The translations under genes were made by a program, and so were the position numbers. The notes under the pieces are model-generated. The model did no database searches, was not told where the DNA came from, and saw nothing but the letters and a program-made list of their open reading frames with translations. Shown one piece after another: positions 47,901 through 61,600 of a stretch of 64,000 nucleotides of DNA (the first letter of the stretch is position 1; each line of letters begins with the position of its first letter). The DNA comes from Trichoplax adhaerens (lineage: Eukaryota; Animalia; Placozoa): positions 128,655 to 192,654 of the forward strand of contig NW_002060975.1 in NCBI RefSeq assembly GCF_000150275.1. Direction: 5' to 3'.

Positions 47901-50900
47901 AAAGTCTATATTAAGAAATATTTGCTGCTATTTAACATAAATGAAGTTTTTTATCTGTCAATTTTTCTTCGCAAAAGAAAAACTCTATCAAATTAATTAT
48001 TGCTATTTATCTAATCTTGAGATGATGATCAAGCTTACTTACATAAAATGTTCAAAGTTGTTGTTCCTTGAACACTACCTAATAAATTACTAGCTGCACA
48101 TGTATAAATCGCTCCATTATCGGCTGATGTTGGAACGATATTAGTCGTAGCTAGGCCACGTCCTTGAGCAATAATAATTTGATTAGCATTAGCAGTTATT
48201 GTTGCTGAGATCGATACGGTAGCAGGTGGATTAGCAGTAGTATTGCACCATATCCTAACGCCAGTATTTTGAACGACAGTGATCGATTTTTGAATTCCAT
48301 TAATACGAGGTGCCACTAAATACGCGTAGAAGTTAAGAGGAATCCCATCGTTAGCACTGACATACAGGTAAATGATGGTAAAATTAGAGTCTATTTAATT
48401 TAATGGTAAATAGTGAGTTAGATTTGCACTTTTACAATGTTCTATCGGATAACAGAGAAGAATATTAAGACATGTATACTATTAAATGGTTGCTTTTCCA
48501 AATCTTCTCAAGTTAAAAGTAAGGTGTGAACTTAGTTATTCGCTATAGATGCACAAACAGCAAAAATTGTTCATATCGCTTAACTAGATATAAATGGTAA
48601 GTACTAAACTCCTTCTTCATTGTAATAGATTACTTAAAATGTCATTAGTGGCGATATACGTAACAGATACAAAAACTATCACTTTTATCATCATTGATAG
48701 ATATCAAAGGAAATAACTATTAGCAATCATAAAGATTTAAATTTACGTTCTAATCGGTGTTACAAACATCTACACATGTAAATAACATTACTAGCTAATT
48801 GTCTACAATTAACAAATCGAAAACTAGCACTATTCCAATATCATCATAGCAAAAGTATCTTTAATGGCATAGTAAAGTAATAGTGATAACCAAAACGACT
48901 ATATCAATTGCTGAAAACTGATCATCTCTAGGAAACCTACCTTGCACGACTAAGGAAAACTGGATTGATAATACACCAATTTCATTGTTAATGATACAAG
49001 TATAAGAGTTTCCATTTTCGGAACTAGCAATATCAATTAAATTAAGATGGACAGAACTTGAAGCTTCAGTAATGATATTGCTAGATGAATTGGTCTGCTT
49101 CCACGTTACATTGCCAGGTGGATAACCGCGATCTTGAACTGAACATGCTACCAATAAGTTATTACTCTGATTGACTGTGATAATATTTTGTACAGGGTTA
49201 AGCTGAATCATTTCAGGTGAATCTAAAACAAGACGATTATTAATGTTAATCATTTGCTTATTTTATTAGTAAATCTGATAGATGAGTTAAAATATTAGTG
49301 AAACGCAGTGGTGTTATTAAAGGTATATTTTATATTAAAAGATTAAATTAGGGTAGATAACCTGAATGCAAGAAATATCTTTATTACACAGTAATATCAT
49401 CTTCAATATTGACTTTTTATTGTGTTACAATTATATGAGTCAGCATGTAAAACAGTAATATTAATATTTAATCTGTGCATAATTTTATTATTCTCTAAAT
49501 TATGCAGCATTCTCTAAAATATGGCCCTAATATTAATAATATTAAATTTACAATCCTGCTATAGTATTTAAATATTCTATTGCAATTTTATATCGAAGGA
49601 ATGGAATGATCTCGGAGATATTATGGCTATTATTGTGGTAACTACTTTAGTTTAGCTGATGCCTGACTAAATTCATAAATGTGCTTCAGAAATATTGGAA
49701 GATTAGTTACAATTGAAAGATGGAACGAAATTATTAAGCAGGCTAAAGGAAGAAGCCAAGTGCTTTTAGTGATCTCTAGTTTAGCAGGAAGTCCCAACGC
49801 AATGTCAACAATATCCAAGATGCTATTTTTAAACTAAACTATAAATACTTTTAAAGGAAGTATTGAGTTATTGAAATACTCCAATCTAGTATTCGCCATA
49901 CCATAACTTTTATATTAGGTCAGTTTTACATGTCTTTATGATATTATCCTAAATATACGCGTACATATAATACTGCAAAACTAACTGAATCTTTCATAGC
50001 TGCGCGGTTGCATGATAAATAAGATGATTGTATCGGATAAACTTACATAAAACAACCAGATTCGCTGCTACCTGAGGACCAGCACCTCTGGAATTGATGG
50101 GTTTACAGGTATATCTTCCAGCGTCATACTGGCTAACATTAGCAATGGTTAATACGGAACTGTTTTCCATGCTAACTGAAATTCGTGGATCCGATAAATT
50201 AACGGGTATGCCATTAAATCGCCAATCATATTGAATATCAGTAGGAATAGCTCGAGCAAGGCACCAAAATTGGACACCATTTCTATATCGAATGGTTTGA
50301 TTCTGAGGTGATACCAATATAATAGGTGGACCTATCCAATTTTAACATGTATCATGACAAGATATCATAAATATATTAGGTTAGAAAGGATTATTACGTA
50401 AATTGATTAGAATTTTATTATAAATAATTGAATGTTAACCATAGTTAACCGGAAGAAAATAGAGTTAAATGTTATGCTATTTCCATCGGTACCCGTAGCA
50501 GTTAATACCTTGAACGTAGAGCTGGAAGGATTTCGAAACTGTCATTAATGACTGACCATTAAACATTACAGTTAATGTATAAGTTCCATTATCCAAGAAA
50601 TTAGTATTGTTAATGGAAAAATACTGATTGTATTCATATTGACTTGCCGAATTATATTGAACTGCCATTCTGGAATGTGCCATCGATTTAATTTCAATCA
50701 TTGGAGAAAAAATATACTGGTACAATAATTTTCCTTGAAAATACCAGTATGATTGCATTGGAGCTCCTTGGATAGTTACTGTAACTTGAATATTTTGTGA
50801 AAAATTGACTTGAGCGTAACTAGGTGTTATTCTCACCGTGTTGTTGACTAGCAGAAAGATGAGAATTGACATTATAAAATCGATTTCATATTAGTCTTAT

Positions 50901-53900
50901 TTTAATCTCATTCTATCTTGATTTGGGCTAAATATCAAACTTAACAGATAGAATTCTGCTTCTTACAGTTAGAGTAATGATAGAACGTGTCATAGTAGAT
51001 AATACTTTAAATTACATATATTGCATCGCTTCGTTACTTTATTGTTGATGGAATTAGCCAAAATAAGCAAAAATATCATCCTAACAAATTTAATAGTTTG
51101 CATTTTGCTTATAGATAGAGTAACGCTAAGGTGTAGCGTAGCGGATTACGTATATTGCATCGCTTAATTATTTTGTTATTTACTAATTTTTCAAAAATGC
51201 AAAATTATCATCGGATCAAGCTTAACAGATTGTATTCTGCTTCTTATAGTTAGAGTAATGCCAAGACGTGTCGTAAGGGATAATACCGTGGATCATGTAT
51301 ATCGCATCGCTTAGTTATATTATTATTGATTAAATTTACAAAATTATACGAAATTATTGCTCTATCTTCATAATGTCTCTATCAAGGCTAAAAGCAATTT
51401 CATGAAACTTACCGTTAACGAATAACCAAGCCGACACATTTGGGCTAGCACCAATGGAATTATTAACAACGCAACTATATATTCCAGCATCCGTTAGTAA
51501 AACATCTTCGATTTGCAATGTGTTATTATTGGATAAAATGGAAAATCGGTTGCTCCTAAAATCAATTAGGCGGCCTTGATAATGCCAAGTAACTGTGGTT
51601 TGTATAGGTATAGCAGAGGCACCACATGAAAATCTTGCAGTTTCTCCATCAAACAGCGCCGTGTTTTGTGGAGCGGCTATGATTTCTGGAGGTCCTATTA
51701 GATGAAGGAAAATTCCATTTAAGGTTAATTCAATTCATGAAGCCATAGAAAGTATCATGAAGAGAGGGAGTTTAAGTAGTTATTATTATGTTTTTAAGTA
51801 ATATATTGATATTGAAGCAGGGCGATTGCCTCCGAAATGGCTATACAAAATAAGAATACGTGTAACAGCTCGAGTTCCGACAGCTTCTTATCGAAATCAG
51901 ATCATGATTAACTACTGTACATCACAATAAAACCTACTGATCGATTCCTGTTTGGCCTTAATTTGCTGCCACTAAGCTAGGGTAGAGAGACTGCAAAGTA
52001 ACTTTATTTGATTACCTTGAACTGTTAAATGATAATTTAATAATCGTTGTGTAAAACCGCCTTTAACAAAGAATACTTGAATTGAATAAACACCGGTATC
52101 CGATAATAAAACATCCCGAATCGTCATTTCTTCGTGGTAATTTCCTAAGCTTCCTTTCTGCTTAAAATCAATCCTCTCGTTCTTTGATAAAGCTATCCCA
52201 GTATTACTGTTACCTTTATATAAATAGGTAAAGAGTGGTCGAGTTTTGAAATACCATGTTGTTGCTACAGGTTCCCCAATAATTGTAGCAGATACTGTTA
52301 TAGAATCTCCAACCATAATTGCATTGGAAGGTGACTGCAGTTCGACGTATTTCTCAGCTAAATTAAGACATTAAAAAAGCATTCAGTCAGACTTGAAAAG
52401 AGGACTAACCCGACCTTTCAGTTCAACAATATCGAAGAAATCGATATCGAAATTGAAATTCATCTATCTCCTTACGCAAAACTCTCAAAAATGCCGTTTT
52501 GGAAGTTGCTTGACCAAGGGCATTACTAGCCATGCAAGAATAACTGCCAATATCATCCAATGTTGCTGATAGAATGTAAAGTGTTGATCCTCGTATGACA
52601 TAATGAGAACTAAGAGGAATTATTAATGTATTATTGAAATACCATTTGTAGTCAGAAATAGGAGGTACAGCGGTTGCTTGACAAGTAAAGGTAGCATTGC
52701 TCGTTAGTGTAACATTGCTATCTTTTGGGTTAGCAGTAATTGTCGGCAAATCTAGTAAATAGTAGATGAAATAGTTCATCATTAGGGGAGGATATCAAGA
52801 CAGTATATCATGTGGCCTTTTCCGGATATAAATCTGGTATTGCAGTTGATTCGGTGATGTTTATTCGATAATTAACACGCATAAATTTTATCTACTAGTT
52901 CCAGCCGATGTAATCAAGGTGATTGAAAATAAATTAAAAATAATAAATCGACCTTACCTTCTACGATTACCGATGCAGTTGCTTGAATTGGTGCGGGAGC
53001 TCCTTCAAACCAGACACTTGCTATATAAACTCCATTATCGCCAATATTGCTGTTGTTAATATACAATATTTCATAACCTTCATCAAAAATACGCTGTATA
53101 TCTATGCGCGAATCAGTTGATTGCTGATAGATGGTTTGATTGAAAGGATAAAGATACTGAAATAATAAAGTTTTCCCTCGGTACCAAAATGTCTCCAGAA
53201 TTTTGCCTTTATAGCCGGCAGTTAATTCGATATCAGCATTGATATTGACATTAACTTGCATTGGAGTTAATGATATACTGTTACCTAGACAAGAGAAATC
53301 TTTTTGTTATAACACGACGTATTATATGGCTAAAGATGATAATCGAATGTAATTTAGAATTGGAAGGTCCAGATGTTTGCTAGTTCATAAGAAATAGATG
53401 TTACGCAATATAACTGATAAAAATCAACATAGGGAAGGAACGGCGAAATAATTTGTTAGCCTAATGAAAGGATTTGGTCGGAGTGCACAAAATTAATATT
53501 TAAATGCATAAGCAAATTATTGCTCTCCCTATTGTAATCTAGGATTAGTTCTATCGGCCCATAAACTTGAAAGTGATCAATTCTAAGGTGGCTAAATTTA
53601 AAGTAATCAAATTTCAGATCAATTTAGAAGTCCCAACTTGCTTTCAAATTTCATTCTCAAAATCATTTATATCCGCCGGTAAAGACCCTTCTTAACAATC
53701 ATCCAATTGATAATGAAGTACTAATTTGGATAGAAAAATTGAAATTTTTTTACTTAATAAATTAATAAGTAGAAAAAATTATTTCTAGACCATGAACTGA
53801 TATATTTATCGGGAAAAATTCTCTTGAATGATCGATGAATTTGTCATGAAGCATTAATGTAGAAAAAGAAATTAAATTTTTTTGCTCACTGCATTAATAA

Positions 53901-55644
53901 CTAGACAAAATTATTTCTAGACCATGGGCTGTTATACTCATCGGGAAAAACCTTAATGATCATCTAATTCGTTTTGAAGTATTAATATGGATACAAAAAC
54001 TAAATTTTATGCTCAATATATTGATAACTAGACAAGATTAATTCTAAAGCATGGACTGTTATACTCATCGGGAAAAATCTTTCTTATTGATCATCTAATT
54101 CGTTATGAAGCATTAATGTGGATAGAAAAATTGAATTATTTTACTTGATTAACTAATTTCTAGGCCATGGAGTTTTATACTCGTAAGTAAAAATCCTTCT
54201 TAAATGGTTATCTAATTCTTAGTGAAGCATTAATACGGATAAACACATTGAATTTTTACTTGATCAGTACATTAATAACTAGATAAGATTAATTTCGAAA
54301 CCATGAGCATAGAAATTACTACCATCACTATTTACAACTAGTAGTGGAGACGGCATAAAAAGGTGTAAGGAATCAGAAGCTGCTCTCTTCTATACGATGA
54401 TACTTTTATCCTCAAAAATTAGTAGAAGTAAATAAAATCATATCCTCTTAGTTTAAAGTAGAAGCATATATTGTAGTAGTCAGGATTTATGTAATCCATC
54501 ATTTCATAAAATATTGATCTTATATGAAATTGCATCGATTGTTTACAATCTATAGATCTATGCAGTGATATTACATCATTTTGTTACTCCATTTCAAGAC
54601 TAAGACTTAACGATTCCCATTTTACTTTCTATTATCTGTGTGACTAGAGGCTAGTTTTTCGATTAAATGATTGTAGAGATTTTAGTACCGATTTTCTATA
54701 TTTTTGATTAGACCATTTTCTCCATGATACTTTGATTACGACCCAATATTTAAAGCCTAAATACGAGAATATGCCTTGGTTGTAATAATACTTTAGTCAG
54801 CTTTAGTAAATTGCAGGCTGGTTATTTCGCAATTCTCGAATTACAATCACTTTTAGGTCATAATCCTAACTTTATCATAACTACAGATTCGACTAATATT
54901 GGTGCTTATTAGAATTATTTTGCTACCAAAACATTATCTTGATTGCGTGACCGAAATGATTACCCAATTTTTCAAATGCAGTATATTAATCTTGAGTTAT
55001 AATCAATAAGTTTTTTTCTACTCGATATTTTGCAATGATCCTACTCCATGTGAGAGTTGAAATTCTTCAAATTCTAGCATCATAATCGTTTTCATTTATA
55101 AGGTAATATATCAGCTATTCCTGCGATTAAAATTGTATTCATGCCACTGAGGAGATACGTTCAAGGTTAACGTTACTAAGAGTAAAATATGATTAAATAC
55201 TATCATCTCTTATGATTCCTTTCAAATTAAAACCTTTAATATTCATATATCACTATCATCAGAGTATGATACATCAACATTATTATTCTCCTTATTTGCT
55301 TTCGATCAAATCCATTTCTTCACGATTTGAAGTACTTATTTTCAATATAATGTTTTTAACCCACAATTATCGTCAGACGATAGCAACAATTGTAGTAGAC
55401 TACAGTTCGGTTGGTAGGCAAAATCGATTAATACCGAAGATATTTACTAGTGAACCTTCTGCAATTTTGGTATACACAGTTTAACAACATTAAGCTTAAT
55501 TTGAATAGGCTAGTCAATAGGATTATAAGTACAACTATTTTTTCTTAAGTTATTAATCAGCTCACCATTAATAGTTGCAGTAGAAAATATCTGGCAAATT
55601 AATAAGATCGAAATTAGATTACCAGAAAGAATCAGCTTGGCCAT
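44987..55644 (-). CDS. Type I Ig-superfamily adhesion/receptor protein: signal peptide + 12 Ig + 1 FN3 + TM + cytoplasmic tail (nephrin/echinoid-like layout)
   Basis: Signal exon 55644-55566 (MAKLILSGNLISILLICQIFSTATING). One-domain phase-1 exons start at about 53284, 52751, 52357, 51694, 50848, 50331, 49222, 48315, 47863, 47398, 47009 and 46508 (Ig, with W and DxGxYxC motifs), and 45971 (FN3: LSWQAG...YILSNLQHRTTYQIYVIARNSLGYS). Exon 45516-44987 has the TM LLLAIIGGVIGGVLVLLFVLIIILLI followed by KR. Confidence 0.9.
50930..51355. repeat. Degenerate ~140-bp tandem repeat, 3 copies, intronic
   Basis: Recurring TATATTGCATCGCTT, TTAACAGAT...TTCTGCTTCTTA.AGTTAGAGTAATG and AAA.TATCATC. Confidence 0.8.
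53685..54305. repeat. Degenerate ~120-bp tandem repeat, about 5 copies, in IgSF intron 1
   Basis: Recurring ATCATCTAATT...ATGAAGCATTAAT..GGATAGAAAAATTGAA and TTCTAGACCATG...TTATACTCATCGGGAAAAA. Confidence 0.85.
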
Positions 55645-58600
55645 ATCCACACTTTGACTAGTATGAATTATGCTTTCAATTGCGACAACAGATAACTAAT
55701 CGAAGCAAAGTCTTTTCATGTGTGACAATGATGAAAATAAAAAAAAATTAATCCATTCCTATTGGGTAGACATGCTTTTTGTATCACCTCTCCTCAATAG
55801 AACATTGGAGCAATGTTGGATTAATTTAGAGATATGCTTTGTTACTAATTGGATTTATCGTTTGTTATTAATATTATTAATTTGAAAATAGGGTGAGTAT
55901 ATTCGTGATCGGATTAATAATAGTGATTATTTGTTATGGCTATGAATGATGACAACTGAGTAGAGTTGCCAGAGTTTCAAAATATGGTTATTATAATCAT
56001 CAAGGTAAATAGAATGGGAGGAAAGCCAATAGGAGAATATCACCTGATAATTAGACGATTAGAATAAGACGATGAAACCAATAGTATTTCATTACGTGGG
56101 TGGGATTTGTTAATTTAAAATAGAAATACAAACTGCAACCATTGATATAACTTTCTTAATGGTTTTTGATAATTCCACTTTTTCTTTTGTTCACTTACGA
56201 GTAGATATCATCATGCAAGGCCAATACACTGCAAGTTCTTGCTAGCAATAAGATTATCATGGTACTACCAATCTAGGGATGGGCTTTATTATAGCTATTT
56301 TTTGATGTTAGCTTATCTACATGAAGGTGTGGCGATACAATGGATAAAAAATATTGTACATCATCGGAGAGATAAGAAGAATTTTTTTCTCAGATAAAAA
56401 TAACAGGATATGAAAGTAGACTTTGACAATTCTCATCGAGATATCATTATGACTAATCTTGTAAAATTAGTTATACGGTACTATGAAATTAATTTTATCT
56501 ACGTATAGCAATAGAATAGAAAAATAGCCTTACTATGCTCTCATCAAGAAGTCATTGTTGATCTACAGAATCACTATCAAGAAGCCATTATTGATCTAAA
56601 GAACTTGTCTACAGAGTAAAGGAACTCTAATTTTTTTCATGAAATGTTGCTAATAATCAACACTGGACTAGGTATGATCATGTTAAATTCGTTTCTAGCA
56701 TTATTAGTGTATGAATCCATATGCCAATTGAAGAAATAGGTGCTAGGGAATTTATTCATTTACCATGATTTTAGATTAATCATGATGACATGAAGATGTA
56801 ATATGGTAGTTTCATTTTTGACCTCTTTCACTGATAAGTGATAAGTATACGTAGTAAATGATAAGCTTAATATCGTCGTCGTAACATGGGATAAGGTTAA
56901 GAAATTAACTTTGTATTTCTAACAAATTGCCATTAAATACTTTTCATTATCGTCAGTTCCTATCGACTGAAGAGGTCATTTTCTCATTATTAGAAATTGT
57001 GTGCTTTACTTTATAAACTCTTTACCTCCATAATCAAGAGAGAAGTATACAATAATCTAATTCTTAGTGAAACTGATCAAAAGCAAATACAGATATATAC
57101 TATACCATAAATAATGACTGCAATTGATTCATTCAAATGCATGGCTTGTAATTTAGACGATGAAATTATAGGAATTATCAGAGGTCATCAGTAAATCATC
57201 AGTTATCTATGCTATTAAATTCTAAGCAAAGTTTAAGCGATCAAAATGATAACCATTCGATCAAAAAGCAGTGAAGGATGAAAATCTTTGTTCATACGTA
57301 TAAATAGAAGTTCTGAAATGTAAGCTATTTTGTCTTTAAAATTATCTCTTTTAATCACTAACGCAAAAGTTTGAAGTAAACTATACTCATTAAATCAAAT
57401 CTAGCTTAGTCATATATAGCAAGTATGCAAATAAAACGTCACCATAAGCATTAAAATATTATAATATGAAAATAATGAATATATTGAAGCGATAATAAAC
57501 AAAATTGCGGTGATGCTTTGCTTAATTACTTGGTATCAATTTGATCTTGCAATAGGGTTTACTATCCTCAGCTCGGAAATCAAGTTTGGGATTGTGAAAT
57601 CTCTCTCACTTCACTTATAATTGATCAGTTTACTAGAATTAGCAAAACACTATCTTATCTCACAATAAGAATAGCTGATATATATATAGCCTTCAAATTC
57701 AAATGGTTTATTAAACCGCTATGTAAATCATATTCTGGGAGGTTTATCGTAAATCACTTCTCCTGCCTCATAAGAGCAGTCGAAAGAGGCTAAGATAAAC
57801 TGGATAATCAGACTTAGTCAATTTTTAATCAATTACAATTCCTTACAAATCATGTATCTAGCAGTCTCTACTCCCTATATAATAATTCCTTACTTGAAAA
57901 TCAGTCGAGCCCAGAAACGACATCCGGCTACGATAAACCGGACAATTATCCAGATACTTAGCACTGTAGAATCATCATATAGATTAATATTACTTTCTAT
58001 AGTACTTAGGATTTATAACTATATCTCTTAGCTAGTTACTACTGAAGGAATCTTAAAATTTATGATGCACTGCAGGGATGTTCAGAGAAAGATGTTTAAA
58101 GTATCTGTAACAAGGATAGATCAAGACAATATCAGCTATTAATCTCAACAAGCTCAATTTACCAAGTGCTACGGACTAAATATATTGCGGTATACATACG
58201 TATGATTAGTAAGGCAATGAATTGATCCCATCTTTATGAAAAGCACCGTATGCTATGGAGGGATTTTGTAGTAAAGTGTAGGAATACGTGTGTTTGGTTA
58301 CTTGATCGATCAATGAATCAATTATATAATTACTTGTGGCTAAGTTTGCTATTGTGATGCTGGATTCTATCTAGAGTAGTAGACTGTCCTAAATAAGAGT
58401 GATATTTCAGTAGCGCTAAAACCAAATAATAGCACCGTAGTGGATGACGGATTGCGATCAATGATATTGGAAATCTTTGAATTTATTATTCTATTATTTA
58501 TACATAGTTTTCCTTTAAATATACGTAAATATATTCAATATTAGTTGTCGAACAGATTTTTTCGGTTCTATTATTATCGAAGTATGATGACTAGATTAAG

Positions 58601-61600
58601 AGAAGCTTACTATCTAATATTAGTAAATCTGACTAGATAAGTCTGACATATTCAGGAGATTGCGATAAGAAAAACCGATAAATTAACAAGTTGAATATTG
58701 CTCCAAGCAGCTATAGAAGTATTCTACAGGATGTTTGATTACTTGACTAATCAACCAAGCAATCAATCAGTCAACTTGTCAATTTACCAGTCGGCATAGT
58801 TTATTATTAAAGCTGTGGTTATGCCTACAGCGCAATAATGATGTGCAATGGATTATGATTTTTCAATCCTTGCTGGAAGTTGGAAATTTATTCGATCTTT
58901 TTATGCAAAGATAGATTTTACAGCTCTACTCTAGCTGAGTACAACTACTAGAAAGATCTTAGAATGTCTAAATCGTTTAAAATTTCTGGCTTCTATTCTT
59001 TCGTATTATCTATAAGTACAATTAACACGATAACATCTTTATTTTAGAATTACAATTTGCAAACTATATTTCGGAGGATCATTTACAAATTAATAGAGTA
59101 ATAGCTACTGTATTTTCATAAATATTATTATTCACTTGCTTCAATAGGACAAGCTACCAAGATCAAGTACATGAGTTACTGCTATACAATTATCACAGCC
59201 ATTAATAATAACTAAGTACCATATTGCTTCTGGCATTTTTCATACGTTAGGCTTACAGTCCGTTAGAATACTTTACGAAATTAGCTAACAATTTACAGTA
59301 CAGTCTAATACTAAGTTACACTGCAAACTTCAAATCATTCTGCATAATTAGAAATATATTCGGTAATTACTTTCAACGAAAAATATAAATGCAATTGCTT
59401 AGCGAAGCTTTTATAAAATAGCAAAGTTGTTAACGGAATACGCATTTAGTTCGTTGCTTACTTGCTGATCTTGCATATCAAATAATGCATTACCATGCAT
59501 AAATTGTGATATACAGTATACCATATCCGATTAATCTTAGTAATCCACTTTGCTAAAAGAAAATTCAGTCGTAATCAAGTATCTAAATATATAAAATATA
59601 CCATTACCATAGATCGTATAGCTCTAGCATTGCGATATAACTTACGCTTATATCAGCTAGTTAAGTTAGAAATTATTTTGTTTTACAGTTTATCATTGAA
59701 ATATTTGCAATAGGATAATAAAATGGCGCAAGTTAAATGGATAGATGGATTAATTATGCAAGTAATTGATCTGGACATTTCTGCTTTTCAAATTTTGAGC
59801 TCTAGGAAAATTACTTTCATATTTTAAGGGCTTGAAAACGGACAAAATTGGTTATACTCGAAACGAAAGCAGGTGTAAGTTAACGAAAGTTTTATAATAC
59901 AGCCAAATTCGATCTATATGTATTTAGTTGAGTAGCTTAATCTACTATTACAATAATTATATCTAGACAAAATATAGAAACAAAATAGAGTATAACGTTG
60001 CTTTGTGAAATGGAGAAATTGTTTAAGGATAGTGACTACACAGTCTAACAATTAATTGTAGAAAAATAACCTTCACTCTAATACGACTTATGTATTCCAA
60101 TGAGTGCAATAAATCATGTCTTTCCTTAGATTTTTTCTTATATAATTATACCATAGTATTTGGTCGTTGGAACTGAATTATTTGGTGATATAGCTAATCT
60201 CGCCTCTTTAAGTTAGTAAGTGGCGTTCTCCGCAAGGATTGGCGTGTGTAGACTACTTTGTCACTAGTGGTGTGTGACAGCCCCATGTCTGACTCATCAC
60301 TTAATCTATTTTGTGATAGAACAGAAAGCTTAAGCTACATAATGATAGTAACATCTGCCGTCTTGTCCATCTGCTATTTGGTGTACAGTTTATTTACTTA
60401 ATGTGATTAACTGATAAAACACCTTCTTTAATAGACCGTATCCACAAACAAATCATTTATAATATCGAATGGATAGTAAAGATTTTATTAGTTATTGGTG
60501 ATATAATGCGCTATAAGCATATTGTAAAGAAATTTTATTAACTATGACCTAACTAGAGCGTTATGAAATCGGATTTAGACAGTATCGATATACTGTACAA
60601 TCTTGCCACGATTTTTTGATGAAAGATCCTACAGAAAGCATAGTAAATCTATTTTCCTTCTGTACTTGAGTACTTTCCTAGTAAAATAGGAATCCTGATG
60701 TTGACCTCATATGGCCATAAAAAGATTTTACTATTTATTGGATAAAGTCTTCAAAGTGGTACAAATTCACAGACCGTGTCTTTACCATATGTTAGTAGAT
60801 ATTCATTTGTGAGGTAGTACTATACTTATCAACATAATCAAGTAATTATTTCTTATTTGAGAAAGTAAACAGATACTGTTCTTGAAAGCGATTTAAAGAA
60901 AATCTTTATAATTTTCATTTAATTCATCAGAATTGATTACAAGTTATTATCTATTAAAAGTAGTCTGCTGTCTGTTACTAACAATTTTTTAATGTTAATT
61001 AATATTGAATAAAATTGATGTACCAATTATAGATGAAAGCACAATAGCTGCAACCTCTTCATTTACAACTAGAGAAAGTTATTGATTAATTATTCTGTCT
61101 ATTCAATATCATCTTGCTTTCATTAATCATCCAGTTCGTGAGTCACACTTTTGCCTATTTCGGACAGAAACGGATATTACTATTACCACCATTAATGTTC
61201 GAAGGGAGCCAGGTGACTCATCTAGACAGGACTCCGTCAATATCCGATATTAATACAGACGAAAATCTTGCTTGTTATTTAAATGCTACTCTTATACTAC
61301 TGCTGCTAATCAGGAATATCAATTGCTTCAATTAGTTTTAGCGTAAAAGCTAAGCTTGAGCTATACGATGATATCTGATGATATATTATTATTCGGCTGG
61401 GATGACTTTAAGTTGCTAAGTACGCTTCTTCTAATCTTAATGTGCTAGATAAATAAAATTGTTACTGAAATTACTTTGTAGACGCCTATCTGTCAAATAA
61501 TTGCGAAAATTAGTTTCTCCATTAATAATAGTATGAAAATTAGGTATAAATTATCAGAAGAAATGGGTATTTGAATGTTCTATTTACGGAAAAGTAATGA

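Noticed and set aside
60215-60335. Possible minus-strand terminal exon (LKLSVLSQNRLSDESDMG...AENATY*)
   Set aside because: Short, no recognisable homology, and I could not link upstream exons.
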